Of a stretch of DNA of 64,000 nucleotides, positions 38,600 to 51,000 are shown one piece after another (positions within the stretch are counted from its first letter, which is position 1; every line of letters begins with the position of its first letter). The notes beneath the pieces were generated by a model. It saw only the letters and a list, made by a program, of their open reading frames with translations, did no database searches and had not been told where the DNA came from. The stretch is taken from positions 19,054,588 to 19,118,587 of the forward strand of contig NC_057718.1 of assembly GCF_004010195.1 (NCBI RefSeq), in the 5' to 3' direction. A program made the translations under genes and the position numbers. The DNA is from Chiloscyllium plagiosum (Eukaryota).

Positions 38600-38800
38600 C
38601 TGATGTGGAGGAGCCAGTGTTGGACTGGTGTGGACAAAGTTAAAATCACACAACACCAGGTTATAGTCCAAAAGATTTATTTGGAAGCACTAGCTTTCAG
38701 AGCACTGCTTCTTCATCAGGTAGCTGTGAAGCAGGATCATAAGACACAGAATTTATAGCAAAAGATTACAGTGTCATACGACTGAAATTATATATTTTTA
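38600..38800 (-). mobile_element. Second Penelope-like family fragment with degenerate hammerhead motif
   Basis: Minus strand cCTGATGA-A-gaagcagtgctct-GAAA-GCTA at ~38691-38720, followed by aataaa...ggactataacctggtgttgtgtgatttt. Confidence 0.6.
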
Positions 38801-39344
38801 AACTTAATCAGTCTGGTAATTTTTTTCTAATAGAATGTGTATTGTTTAAGCATGATCCCTCATGACAACTTTGGTTAATCAAAACATATGGGTAAATCTT
38901 CCAATCCATCTCCTGAAATCTTCAGACCTTTAACAATTGGGATTTGAAAAGACAGGCTTGCAAAATGATATGATTCTCTCCCATGACTGCCCAACAGATT
39001 AAAGTGTCCTCTTTGTCTGGCTGGTTTCCAATTATGCAAAAGAGTTGACAGCTATACAGGAAAAGATCTATCGATGGTCATTCTGCTGTGTGACTTAAAT
39101 GGGGGTTAAAATGGACTCCCATCCTTTGTTTTAACCAGTGATGACCTCAGATTTCACATATTCAAGGCTGAGATTAACAGATGAGTAATCAGTGAGGGAA
39201 CCAAGGGTTATGGGGAAAAGGAAGGAATGTGGAGTTGAGGATTATCAGATCATCTATGGTTTTATTGGATGGTGGAGGAGGCTTGAGAGGCTGAATGGCC
39301 TATTGTTGCTCCTATGTCTTATGGTTTTATAGCTATAGCAATCC

Positions 39345-39634
39345 ACATTACTTTCAAAGGATTAAGTCTGTAGGGGTGTTGTTTTATTGGAACAGTATGT
39401 TGTCATAGAGTTGGAGCAGATAATAAGCAGTTAAGAGAAAAGAGGGACTTAGAGTTGTGAATAGTTGTTGTTTAATGTTCACTTTTAGAGTTAAAGAATA
39501 AATTGATATTATTTTCATTAAATAGTGGAAATTGAGAGTTCTCTGTCACTCATATATTTTAACAGATTACGAGGCAAGGTGAGTTTTTCTGGGTATTCAG
39601 TTTAATTAACAAGGAGGTTCACTGCTGTGTCATA
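39345..39634 (+). mobile_element. Possible solo/partial LTR
   Basis: AATAAA-containing segment ending ...gtgtcataca that resembles recalled shark LTR ends; no partner LTR seen. Confidence 0.3.
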
Positions 39635-39768
39635 CACACAGACCTGTCTCTGAAATGTAACTGCACAAGGTCATCCCATTTTAAGGACAAGCATATTATA
39701 AACAATGAGCAGCTTAACCAAGAAATAAAGCAAAATTAAATAATTTGGCCATTTGCTTTTGTACTTAC

Positions 39769-39884
39769 TGATCTTTGTCCAACACACAGAAGGAATCCAA
39801 GAATGGGAAGTTGGCAGTGATGCTTTCAAAGTTCTCTTGGGAGATATAACCATCGTGATCATGGTCATAGTTCCTAAATACAGA
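39769..39884 (-). CDS. RASGRP3: RASGRP3 coding exon (116 nt), EF-hand 1: [38 protein letters not shown](Q)
   Basis: ttttag| acceptor, |gtaagt donor, phase 0/2; hand translation. Confidence 0.94.
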
Positions 39885-40011
39885 CTAAAATCTCTAATAA
39901 GTTTTCAGCAGACAGGTTAACAAACAAAGAAAAGCAATACTACAGCAAAAACATACCAGCTTTTAATAAGATGGCTGATTTAAAAAAGGGCTGGCATAAA
40001 AATACGGTAGA

Positions 40012-40171
40012 CAGAGGAACCTTGATTATCTGAAGGACACGGGCAGGGAGTATTTCATTCAGTTAATCAAATTCCGGATAACTGAATGCCGGATAACATA
40101 GTTTAGCCAAGCGCTGGGGCCAAATAATCGAATACTCGATAATCGAATGCCGGATAATCGAGGTTCCTCTG
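40012..40171. mobile_element. 160-bp MITE, Tc1/mariner-pogo (Tigger-like)
   Basis: 21-bp TIRs cagaggaacct(t/c)gattatc(t/c)g with 2 CpG-type mismatches; TA on the right flank (GA on the left); internal gataatcgaat repeats. Confidence 0.75.
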
Positions 40172-40848
40172 TAATGCGTTCACCTCAAAGACAGGGATTT
40201 GTGTTCAAGTAGTACAGGAAGAAGCTGCCTTCATTTGGACTCAAAACACGGCATCAACAACATTTCTGTGGCCAGGCTAAATTGAAGGTAAACCATTCGC
40301 CTGTTTCTGGTGCATGAAATCTGGTGTCCCTTTTTAATTCCAAAACAAACATGGCGAGCAGTACACCTCCCACCAGCCATATAGACACTTTGGCAAATTC
40401 ATTACTCTGGTATCACCTCTTACAACATCACATTCCCCAAACATGCAGTTCAGCACAAACCTCATAAACAATGTAAAGTTGACATTTTGCAGGCAATATG
40501 ATAAAATCACTGAGTATGGTTTGTAATGGGATTCCTAATGATTGATACTAGCTTGATATCTCTATGTTTCTCTTTAGTTCACTCACCGATGCTTAAATGC
40601 ATCTCCCAGATTACCAAGTTGTATAGAGGCTGGATTTTCAACCAGGCGTTAAACAACTGGGTGTGGGAGCTGGGTCCCACTCCCACATTGCAGACTGTGG
40701 TCACACCTACCGCAAGCTTTAGTGCTCAGTTGAGGGTGGAAGTTAAGGATGAGAGGGTGGGGGATCAAGAAGGGAGTGGTGAGGCTTGTCATTCAAGCAG
40801 TGAAGAGCAAGGGCAAGTGATGGTAAGTTTATGCAATAATATACCACC

Positions 40849-41230
40849 ACTGAGGGGTGACCTTATAGAGGTTTACAAAATTATGAGGGGCATGGATAGG
40901 ATAAATAGACAAAGTATTTTCCCTGGGGTCGGGGAGTCCAGAACTAGAGGGCATAGGTTTAGGGTGAGAGGGGAAAGATATAAAAGAGACTTGAGGGGCA
41001 ACGTTTTCACACAGAGGGTGGTACGTGTATGGAATAAGCTGCCAAAGGATGTGGTGGAGGCTGGTACAATTGCAACATTTAAGAAGCATTTGGATGGGTA
41101 TATGAATAGGAAGGGTTTGGAGGGATATGGGCCGGGTGCTGGCAGGTGGGACTAGATTGGGATGGGATATCTGGACGGGATGGACCGAAGGGTCTGTTTC
41201 CATGCTGTATATCTCTATGAGTCTATAACT
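40849..41230 (+). mobile_element. Young CR1/HER1 3' fragment
   Basis: LRGDLIEVYKIMRG...FTQRVVRVWNKLP...AGRWD. Confidence 0.92.
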
Positions 41231-42024
41231 GCCGTGGATCTGGGATGGAAGAGGGTTGTCTCTTACATGTGCATCAGCAATAAACTCTTCCCACACCCCA
41301 ACTTTCAACACTTACACATTGACCTAGACATACTCCAGGTTGGCATGGGCTGCTAACTAATGCAGTTCTGTGGGAACTAGCCTGTAATAGGCCCATCATT
41401 TAAATTAATTGGCCTCAATTAGCTATTCACAACATCCCAATGGGTAGCTGATATGTCCCCAGCAAACAGTGTTCCCGCCAGCACTGATCTACGCTATAAC
41501 CTTCCTGAAAGTCCAGCGCCACTAACTTGAAGCTTGATATTTATTTTGTGCTGTATTGGCAAGAGTATTTTAATTCATCTCAATAGTCTCAGACGAGTAA
41601 AAGGAAAGGGGAGAGAAATCAGATAAAGTTCCCATGCCTGATCCCAAATGAGCTCTCGGCATTCAGAATGAAGGATCTATAAGAAGGTCTTAAGCTCTTG
41701 AATTTCCTCTGCTAAACCCCTCTTCTGCTTCACCACACTGTCCTCCTTGAAGGCTATTCTTTGACCTGTCTCAAGCTTTAGATTACCTGTCCTACTATCC
41801 CCTGATGTGTTTTCATAACAATTTGGTTTGGTCATGTTCTTGTGAACTACCTCAGGGATACATCTCAATGTTAAAGGTGTTATGTATATGCAAGCATTTG
41901 CTTACATTGGGTGAAGACAGGGTTCTGCTTGGACTAGCTCTGATAGGCTTCCCCCCCCCATGCTGATGCTCACCATCACGACCCATGCCAAGTTCTAACC
42001 CTGGAGAGTCAACAGGCAGCGCCT

Positions 42025-42570
42025 TCTGGAGTACTGTGTGCAGCTCTGGCCACCCTGCTCTCGGAAGGATTATTAAACTGAAGCGGGTTCAGAAAAGATT
42101 GACCAGGATGTTGTCAGGAATGGTAGATTTAAGATAAACAAGTAGACTGGAAAGGTTAGGACTTATTTCCCTGGAGCATAGGAGGCAGAGAGGTGAGCTT
42201 ACAAAGGTTTATAAAATCATGAGGGGCATAGATAAGGTGAATGACTAGGGTTTTCTCCCTGGAGTGGGAGAGTTTAAAACTAGGGGGGGGATTTTAAGGT
42301 GAGAGGAGAAAGATTTAAAAAGAACACGACGGGCAACTTTTGTTTTTAACACAGATTGATTTGTGTGTGGAATGAACTGCCAGAAAAAGTGATGGATGCA
42401 GGTACAGTTCCAATGTTTAAAAGACATTTGGATAGGTACATGAACAAGAAAGATTTGGAGGGATGTGGGCCAAGCACAGGCAGGTGGGACTAGTTGAGTT
42501 TGGAAACATGGTCAGCATGGACTGGTCAGACCAAAGGGTCTCTTATGTGTTATATGACTGTATGACTCAA
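42025..42570 (+). mobile_element. CR1 LINE 3' fragment
   Basis: ctggagtactgtgtgcag through the (tatgact)n tail. Confidence 0.85.
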
Positions 42571-42812
42571 TGAGTCCATGAGACAGAGTCATGTTCTGGC
42601 AGAAACATTCTCTGCCCTGAAAAATATTCTTCCTGAGGTTGAGTAAGAGCCTTGATCTGCTTCAGATGTACCTTTTCTTCATTTGCACTCTATTCAGTTG
42701 CACATCAGTAAATTTGACAGCCAGCACTGTGAAACTATGATGTAAACTTACACTCTAACCAATAGCAAGCATGAGAGCCTTCCTGAAACAGCGTTCGTTA
42801 AAATATACTTAC

Positions 42813-42926
42813 ATCAACCATTTTGCGGATGTGCTTATTGATGACAGTAGGATCTGGCTTTGGTGTCAGCCCAGGTGCCCAGTCTACGAGTGCCACATGT
42901 TTGTTCGGGGTGGTTGGGGTGCTGGG
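42813..42926 (-). CDS. RASGRP3: RASGRP3 coding exon (114 nt) PSTPTTPNKHVALVDWAPGLTPKPDPTVINKHIRKMVD
   Basis: ttcacag| acceptor, |gtaagt donor; matches the RasGRP3 linker. Confidence 0.94.
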
Positions 42927-44579
42927 CTGTGAAAGAAACACACCAAATTCATTACTTTGTATTGCATTGCGATGCATAGTAATTGTGAAGTGTCTCTGCA
43001 GCACAGAGATAGGCCCCAGGTGTGTGTGTATCAGTGACATGGTGGTGATGTCATTGGATTTGAAATCCACATGCTCAGACGATTCAAATCCCAATACAAT
43101 TCTAAAAGTTAACTAAATAAATCTGGAATTAGAATCTAGCCTATGGTGATCATGAAACAATTGTTGTAAAAACCCAGATGGTTTTCTAATATCCTTTAGG
43201 GAAAGAAATTTGCTGTCCTTACCTGGTCTGGCCTATATGTGACTCCAGGCCCACGGCAATGAGGTTGACTCTGAAATAGCCTAACATATCTATCAAACTA
43301 TTGCAAAGCCGAAAAGAAATGAATCTGGATGGACCCACTTGGTATCAACCTAGATAGCAGAAAGGACAATTGCAAACTCAAACCTGTTGATCTTGCAAAG
43401 TCCTTCTTGGAAGCTTACCCTAAAATTAGGAAAGCAGTCCCACGGACTAGTCAAGTGTCCTAGCTTATAGGCATTGTCCCAGACCCCACCATCATCTTCC
43501 CTGGGTATGACCTGTCTCAGTGTTGGAATGGGATATAGTCGGGAGAGAATTGTCCCAGATGTCTCCAACATTGACTCTGGCCTCTTGAAGTCTTGTAGCC
43601 TCAGGCCAAACATGGGCAAGAATACTTCCTGCTAATTACCATCTAGTGTTCTCCCATAGCTGAAGGATCATATTCCATGTTGAACACAATTTGCAAGATG
43701 GCATGAGAAACAAATGCTGACACATGTGGTCAAATTAGAAAAAAAACCCTGTTCTTTTCTTCCTTATACACCAGCCTAGCCTTCCCTTCTGACTGGTATC
43801 AATCATTGTGGCAACACAGCCTGAATTAAAATATATAAAAATGAAATCCTTTCACTGCACAGATGTTACCAGACCTGCTAAATATTACCAGCACTGTACC
43901 TTGACATTTCTGACTGAGGTGATGTTGTGAGAATTATTCACTCACAGTAACCTGCCTACTCAGTAAGAACCTGAATTGGTAATCCATGCAATGAGGGATA
44001 TTGTCAATTTTCTTTTAGAGCTGACAGTTCGGAGTGTACAATACCAAGCAAACCAGATAGCTGCAGGCCACCTACACGAGTGCCAATAGAGATGATTGCA
44101 ACACAATGCCATGACAGAATCTTCTAGCATCTCCAGCCACTCTGTCAGCCACTGGCAGCGCTGACTGCCAGGGGTCACTATGGAAACCCTGCTGCCAGCA
44201 GTCAGGGCTGACAGTGGCCAGCAGTTTCTCAATCAGAGCCTTACACAGGAGGACAGGGTGGGAATGGTAGTTGGCAAATGGGGAGTGAGTATTGCAGAGC
44301 TAAGGACGGACCGTCTTCTCCTCGCAGATGGCAGGCATTGGCTGGATTCTTCCATCATAGGAAAGAAAGACCCAGGAAAACAAAATCCCTCAGCATCACT
44401 CGTGTGTCTCTAACTCAGGATTTGGTGGGTGTACATTTACCTAACACTGACATTGCTGCAGCAAATCCTCTGATTCTAATTCTTCATACAGATGTTACAA
44501 ATCTACGTGTGACCAGATTAAAGAATAGCTTCTTCCTACTGCAAAGAGATTTTGAAAGTACATCTTAAATGTTAATGTT

Positions 44580-44888
44580 TAGATTAGATTAGATTACTTA
44601 CAGTGTGGAAACAGGCCCTTTGGCCCAACAAGTCCACACCGACCCGCCGAAGCGCAACCCACCCGTACCCCTACATTTATCCCTTACCTAACACTACAGG
44701 CAATTTAGCATGGCCAATTCACCTGACCTGCACATCTTTGGACTGTGGGAGGAAACCGGAGCACCCGGAGGAAACCCACGCAGACACGGGGAGAACGTGC
44801 AAACTCCACACAGTCAGTCGCCTGAGTCGGGAATTGAACCTGGGTCTCTAGCGCTGTGAGGCAGCAGTGCTAACCACCGTGCCGCCCG
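44580..44888 (-). mobile_element. HE1-type SINE, young (CpG-rich)
   Basis: (agatt)4 tail, body, and head ending gtgccgccc. Confidence 0.9.
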
Positions 44889-45059
44889 TGTTGTTCTCTC
44901 TCTGCACCTTCTCCACAGCTACAACATGGTATCCCTCACTCCAATCTGTTACCCTGATGCACTTGTATAGTATAATGCCTGTATAGCATGCAAAACAACA
45001 CTTTTCACTGTGTCTCAGTACACGTGACAGTATTAAATCAAATCAGATCATGGCCACTT

Positions 45060-45440
45060 ACATCAGTAGCTACTCTTGCCTCTGAGTTAATAGGTTTTGG
45101 GTTTGACACACACTGCAGGACTTGAGGACAAAAATCCATCTTGACATTCCATTGCAGCCCTCAGGAGGTGCTGTATTGTTGCAGATATCATCTTTCAGGT
45201 GAGGTATTAAACAAAGGCTCCACTATGCGTTCAGTAAAAGATCCCATGGGATTAACATAAAGAGAGAGTTATCCCCAACGTCCAGGTCAATATTTACCAT
45301 ACGGCTACAGGTAATCTGGTCATGATCAGATTGCTGGTTTATGGGAGTTTACAGTGTGTAAACTAGCAGCCATGTGTTCTGCATTACAACAGTGACTACA
45401 CTTATCACTTCACCCACTGTAAAGCACTTGGAGATATCGG
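45060..45440 (+). mobile_element. Deu-domain SINE (SacSINE1/AmnSINE-like), old
   Basis: tRNA-like head, ggaggtgctgtattgttgcagat...tctttcaggtgaggtattaaacaaaggc...aaaagatcccatgg, tail ctgtaaagcacttgg. Related fragments at ~16510-16670 and 60165-60430. Confidence 0.55.
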
Positions 45441-45469
45441 AAATAAAAATGAAAATGAAAGCTACTTAC

Positions 45470-45550
45470 CGTCGATTTAGGATTCCTAGGTTCACGAAGT
45501 AGCGATAATTCATAGATTTCATCCTCTGTGTAGTATAAATCCAGGGAAAG
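45470..45550 (-). CDS. RASGRP3: RASGRP3 coding exon (81 nt) [27 protein letters not shown]
   Basis: gcgcag| acceptor, |gtaagt donor; end of CDC25 domain (LSxxxEPR). Not in ORF track; translated by hand. Confidence 0.93.
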
Positions 45551-45941
45551 CTGCGCAAAACACACAAGTAGCAGTGTTTCTCAGGGTCACTTGAACTTCA
45601 CACAATAATGATTTCCAATTTGCAGATCTGAATCAGGAATTACCCTGAAACAGCCTGAAGTCAGTGGGCATAGCTGGGATGGTGGGGCAGGAAGGAGGTG
45701 TGAGGAGTTCAGCATCATAATAGAGTCTTGTCACCCTGTTCCTGCTCAGGATGGTGATCGGGGTAGTGAATTTCAGCCCTGAAATACCTAAAATGATATG
45801 ATGCCAACCAGCCACATATTACTCACACATGTATATGTACTTACATGGGGTATAAATGTATGTAATCAGGGATGTACACACGCATACACATACTGACATA
45901 TATGTATACATATAGAAACATAAGTACACATTTAAACGTAC

Positions 45942-46217
45942 CGTCAACAGGTGTATTAAATCCATATTTGGTTCTAAATGCGGATTTGCATCCTGAAGGG
46001 AAACCAGTTCATTAAATGTAACATACAACTGCTGCATTTTAACAATGTTCACTTTATTATCGTCTATCCAATCGGAGAAAGCTACATGGACGGCAATCAG
46101 GTCTTTCAAGTGAACTCCCAGGATTGGAATCTTGAAGCCCTCACATTCAGCAAAGGCCTTCCGGTAATTGCAATAATTCCCATTTGAGGAGACGAGTTCG
46201 GTCATTTCATTCCAAAC
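45942..46217 (-). CDS. RASGRP3: RASGRP3 coding exon (276 nt) VWNEMTELVSSNGNY...DLIHLLT
   Basis: cactag| acceptor, |gtacgt donor; IPILGVHLKDL RasGEF motif. Confidence 0.95.
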
Positions 46218-47148
46218 CTAGTGATGAAAACAGAAACAAACATAGGAGAGAAGATTTAAAAGAAAAATACTTTTTGAAAACACAGAAGGTCACATTAAAT
46301 AAAGTGGAAACTTTTCCATTAATAAAGCATCCCACACATTGAAACATTCTCTCTTAAAAATGGCCCGAGTATAGATACAAAGGATTTTGTATCAAGCTAT
46401 GACTAGAGTTGGGTATTATATTCTGGCGTGTTCTGAATATTGTACTATTTTAAATTGGAGGAATTGTTCCCTTGTTTCAGATACTTCCATTAGATAGGCA
46501 GAGGGGAGAGTGACCAATTTCATATTTTAAAATGTTTGAAAAATAAATGCATGAATAAATTCACGCATGCTCAACATAAGGTGATCTGACCAAGTATTGG
46601 AATGATAAAACCCTGTGTATGAGTTGAAAACCCAATTGTTACATCCCTTTTGAGTTTTCTGATGGTAACCCAGAGAAACCTTGATAAGTTCAGGGATTTG
46701 GTCAGACTGAACAGAAAATGAAAGCGATATCTGGAATTTATAAGAATTTGCAGGCAAGATGGGTTAGCAGAATCTATGCAAGGACAGGTGGTAGGTAGTC
46801 AATAATATAATACATGGGAATAATAGAAAGATATAAATAACCATTACCTCATAATGTTAACATTGTACATTTTAATACAACAATAAATGTTAACATCTGC
46901 ATTGACATCAGAGGATGCAAGATCGCATAGGACTGAGACCTGAATGGAAGAGTTTCTAGTGAAGCCCAGCTCAACCATGTGTAACTAGATAGTAAATGTC
47001 TGTCAATTTGCACATGTCTGGTGGGCAGCCCTCATCCATCAAAAGCACCCAGAATCTAGGCATGATATTTACACAAAAAGGAGGAACAAGCCAATTGGTC
47101 ACTTCTTAGCCGTCCATTTTTGCATTTTTCTGGCACTTGTTATTTTAC

Positions 47149-47265
47149 CTTTGTAACTTCAGGAGCAAGGTGTGAGCAAGTTTCCTTCAGGCGGGATATG
47201 GCACTGTGGCTTAAGCCTCCCACAACAGCCATCAGCGTATTAAAATTCTGGAGCTGGAGTAAATT
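47149..47265 (-). CDS. RASGRP3: RASGRP3 coding exon (117 nt) [39 protein letters not shown]
   Basis: tttcag| acceptor, |gtaaaa donor; [12 protein letters not shown]asGEF signature. Confidence 0.95.
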
Positions 47266-48028
47266 CTGAAACAAACACAGCAGAGTATTAGACTCTTTGC
47301 AAAAGATATTGAAGCTTAGCTCCATTTCTGCATTATATTCAAAAATATGGTTCTTGGCCAGAAATCATATAATAGGCCTCACTTCTACAGTTCTACACGT
47401 GCTGTGTATTTATACAGACAAGTATCCAACCTGAAATTCTTAGGATGACTGAATCTTGATACAAATGGATAACACTATTTTCTTGAGCAGAACTGAACTA
47501 TGTGCCACATAGAAGATGTGATTCATGGATTCAGGATCTTAAAAATAAAGATCTAGCAATACAGGAACACTGGTAGACCATTAAGCCTTTTGTTGCTGTC
47601 TGCATTCACTTAGATGAAGATTAACCTGTACCTCAACTGCATTTATTTACCTCCATTCTGTAACCCTTATAATTCTGGCATAACAACAACCTATCAAACC
47701 TCCAGTTTGAAATTTTCAGTCCAACAACATTAAGGAGAGGAGTTCAAGCTTTCCGCTACCCTTTGCGGCAAGAGAGTTTCCTGGCAGCATTGAATAGTCT
47801 TCCTTTCAGGTAAAACAGTTTTTCTCTATCTATCCCACCAGATCCTTTAATCATCTTTAATACCTCAAAAGGTCACCTTCAATAAACAAGAGAATACAAA
47901 CCCTGTCTCACCATGCAATGGAGTGATTTCTGTAAATCCAGTGTTAATTGACACTCAACTAAAGGAGCTAATTAAATAGCATGTACGCTGTAGCGGATAC
48001 TGGATTTGAAAAGGTTAAGATTCGAGAC

Positions 48029-51000
48029 TGAATTAAGCTTTATCCAATGTGATGACATTGTGCAATGTTGAGTAGGGGAGACCAAGAGAACAGTTCTGGA
48101 TCTCAAAGGAGACAAATGTGTCAACCATGTCTCTCAATGGTTTTAGGAACAATGTCTAACAAGTTAGTGTAGTGATTTTAAATCAACCTTTTCAGACAGT
48201 ATTATGATTCACCTCCAGGGTAGATGGCACTTGAACTTTGATCTTCTGGCCCAGAGATAGGGACACCAGCACTATGCCACAAGATCCATTAACTGGCTCA
48301 TGTAACTAATTGCTATCATTCAATAAACTGTCCCTGGCTATTGTTGCTTTATACTAGGTACAGCAGTGGAAGAAAATCCATCGGGCCCAAGAGAAGAAAT
48401 TTCCCGAAGACCGAGTGAATTTGGAGCTTTGAAGACTTTATCATTTTAAGAATTTCTCAAAAATAGAGCCAGCAGTTGTAAGCATTTAAACAAAACAATG
48501 AGTCAGCAGGAATTTGTAGAAAGATCAACTGGAGAGTGACAGCACTCCAGGCTAAAGCCTTTAGTTTAGAGTTGGTAAGAAGCGCAGAAGCAGCAGAGCA
48601 GGTTAGAAAGAGTTTAAAGACTAGTCACAAGCTGACAGCTACATACTCCATCAGGAATCAAGGATCTGTAGGAGTGTTCCCAGTTTGAGGTTTGGCTATG
48701 AAATGAATATATCAGAGCTCCATGAATAAGTTTAAAATTCTTTCTTCGGCAAGGAGAGAAAATTTAAATCAATTGGTGTAATAAACAGGCTGGGAAGTTT
48801 AGAATAAAAAACAATAGTAGTACTCCCAGCTCACAATGAACATTGCTACCACAGCATAGACACTCTGAGGCATGGCTGCAGTATAAAAATCAAGAGTCAT
48901 AAAAGTACTTTACACCAAAATCATAGCTAGGAGGAATGTCGCTAGAAGAATTAAAACAACAAAAGCCATTTTAAAGCTAAAGCAGACACAGACCAATAGA
49001 GGTTAGATTATTCTAAGTGAACTTTAATATTGGGAGATCCATAATTTAAAGTGCTTCTGGCAGGGAAAATTAAGGCTGCAGATTCAAAGCTTTATTTGGG
49101 CAAGTTGTGGAAAAGGATGTCCATGTGCTGAAGGTGCAAAAACACTCCACTATGTCTCTAAGAATGCAGAAAGCCTCCCCTGTAAACAGTGCAGTTATAC
49201 TGCATTCTTATTTAACAAATTAAAAGTTTTGGTTTTTCTATTTACAGAAGTAAGAGTATTCAAGGGAAAGGGATTATAATGGATACTGCAGAGTTTGAAA
49301 ACTTTCAAAGTAAGAAATAAAATTACAGTAGAAAGATATGGCTGGGAAAATATTACTGCCTCAACATTACTGAGATGGGCCAAATGGATCTCAGGGATGG
49401 AAATCTTAGAGAGAACAGTTCTTAAGATACAGGAATGCTTCACACCTAAAAACTATTTCATAAGATTTCACAAGATGTGCATTAAAATATACTATTGTAA
49501 TTAATAGAACTTACAGTTCATAACTTTATACCTCACCTTAAAATAAAAGAGGGAACAAAAACTTTTTAAGACTTTTTACAAGCTTTTAACAATTACCCTA
49601 ATCTGAAAACAACATTTTTGAATGACCAAGATTTAGCAGAAGAGTTCAGCTTTCAGGAGGATCCACAGATAGTTTAATTGATGATCTCTACAGATTAACA
49701 GAAAGCTGTGACGATGGAACTTTGAAACTAGAATTTATGAGAGACAATGCTTGTTGGAATTATTGATGATTGTTTGTCAGATTTAATAAAATGGAAAAGA
49801 GTATTTGACTTTGGAAAAAGCTATTTGAATTCTTTTGAAGCAGAAACCAGGAAGAATCACACACAAGAAGAGAACAACATTCTAAGGTATCGACATTCTA
49901 AAGGGACACCCAACAAGGCAAGACAATAAATAAACCAATCAGCAGTTGGTAACAGTCAGTGTCAATGCTGCTGAATATAAAAGCCTCACAAGTTCAAGGA
50001 GTGCCCAGCAATGACAATAAAATGCTGCATTTGTTAAATTACAGGTCACCTCCAGAGAATGTGCAGACGTAGGATGCAATTTCAGAGCAGTAAAGTGTTG
50101 CATTCCTACTTGTGCAAAGACATTAATGAAACAGAAACACCAGGATTTGTAAAGATATCCAGTATATTCCTAGGTGATGGTGATGATCCAAACAGCCCAC
50201 GTTCATCAAAAATACATTTTCAGCATAGCTAACTGACTTTCACTGACTTATGGTCCCTATTACCAACTTTTCTTTCTCCTTGGCTGATCACTATCCATCC
50301 CTTTATCTGCCTACTATCTCGCTCTCTCTCCCTTTCTGGACTCTGTGACCATTCCTCACTTACACTTCCTCCCTAACCACCCCCTGTCTTCAACATGTAT
50401 ACCACCTGTTCCTAGCACTAATAACTCTGAAGAGGACTCAGTGGACCCAAAGCAATAACTCTGCTTTATCTCTATAGATGCTGCCAGATCTGATGAGGTT
50501 CTCCAGCAATTTGTAACTTTGTTTCAGATTTCCAGAGTCCACAGTTCTTTGTTACATTTATCGCATTTATCAGAATCTGTTTAGGTCAATGGGAATCTCA
50601 TTAATATTAAGCTTGATATGGGCCAGGTGTCACTGTTGCATTAGATCAAATAACAGGGTTAAACAAACTGAAGACATGATTTATAGATATGAAATATGGT
50701 CAAGCTTAGAGATATGCTACAAGCAATCCAACAACAAAGAGTGTGAGGGAGGTGACAATGTACATATGTTTCGGACTCAACACTTCTCACTTTTGAACCT
50801 GCACACACACCTTGATTTCAATATCCTTAAGGCAATAGGAAGTATTCATTTAGTTTCAAGAGTCAGTGGATAGACCAAAGTAAACCCAGTTATGCCAACC
50901 AAAACATGAATTGCTGGAAAAACTGAGCAGATCAGGCAGCATCTGTGGGGAGAAAGTAGAGTTAACCTTTCAGGTCCAGAGACCCCTCTTAAGGGTTCTG

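Noticed and set aside
40526..41155. 209-aa ORF
   Set aside because: Chance fusion of intronic sequence with a CR1 ORF2 C-terminal fragment starting at ~40849; antisense to the host gene.
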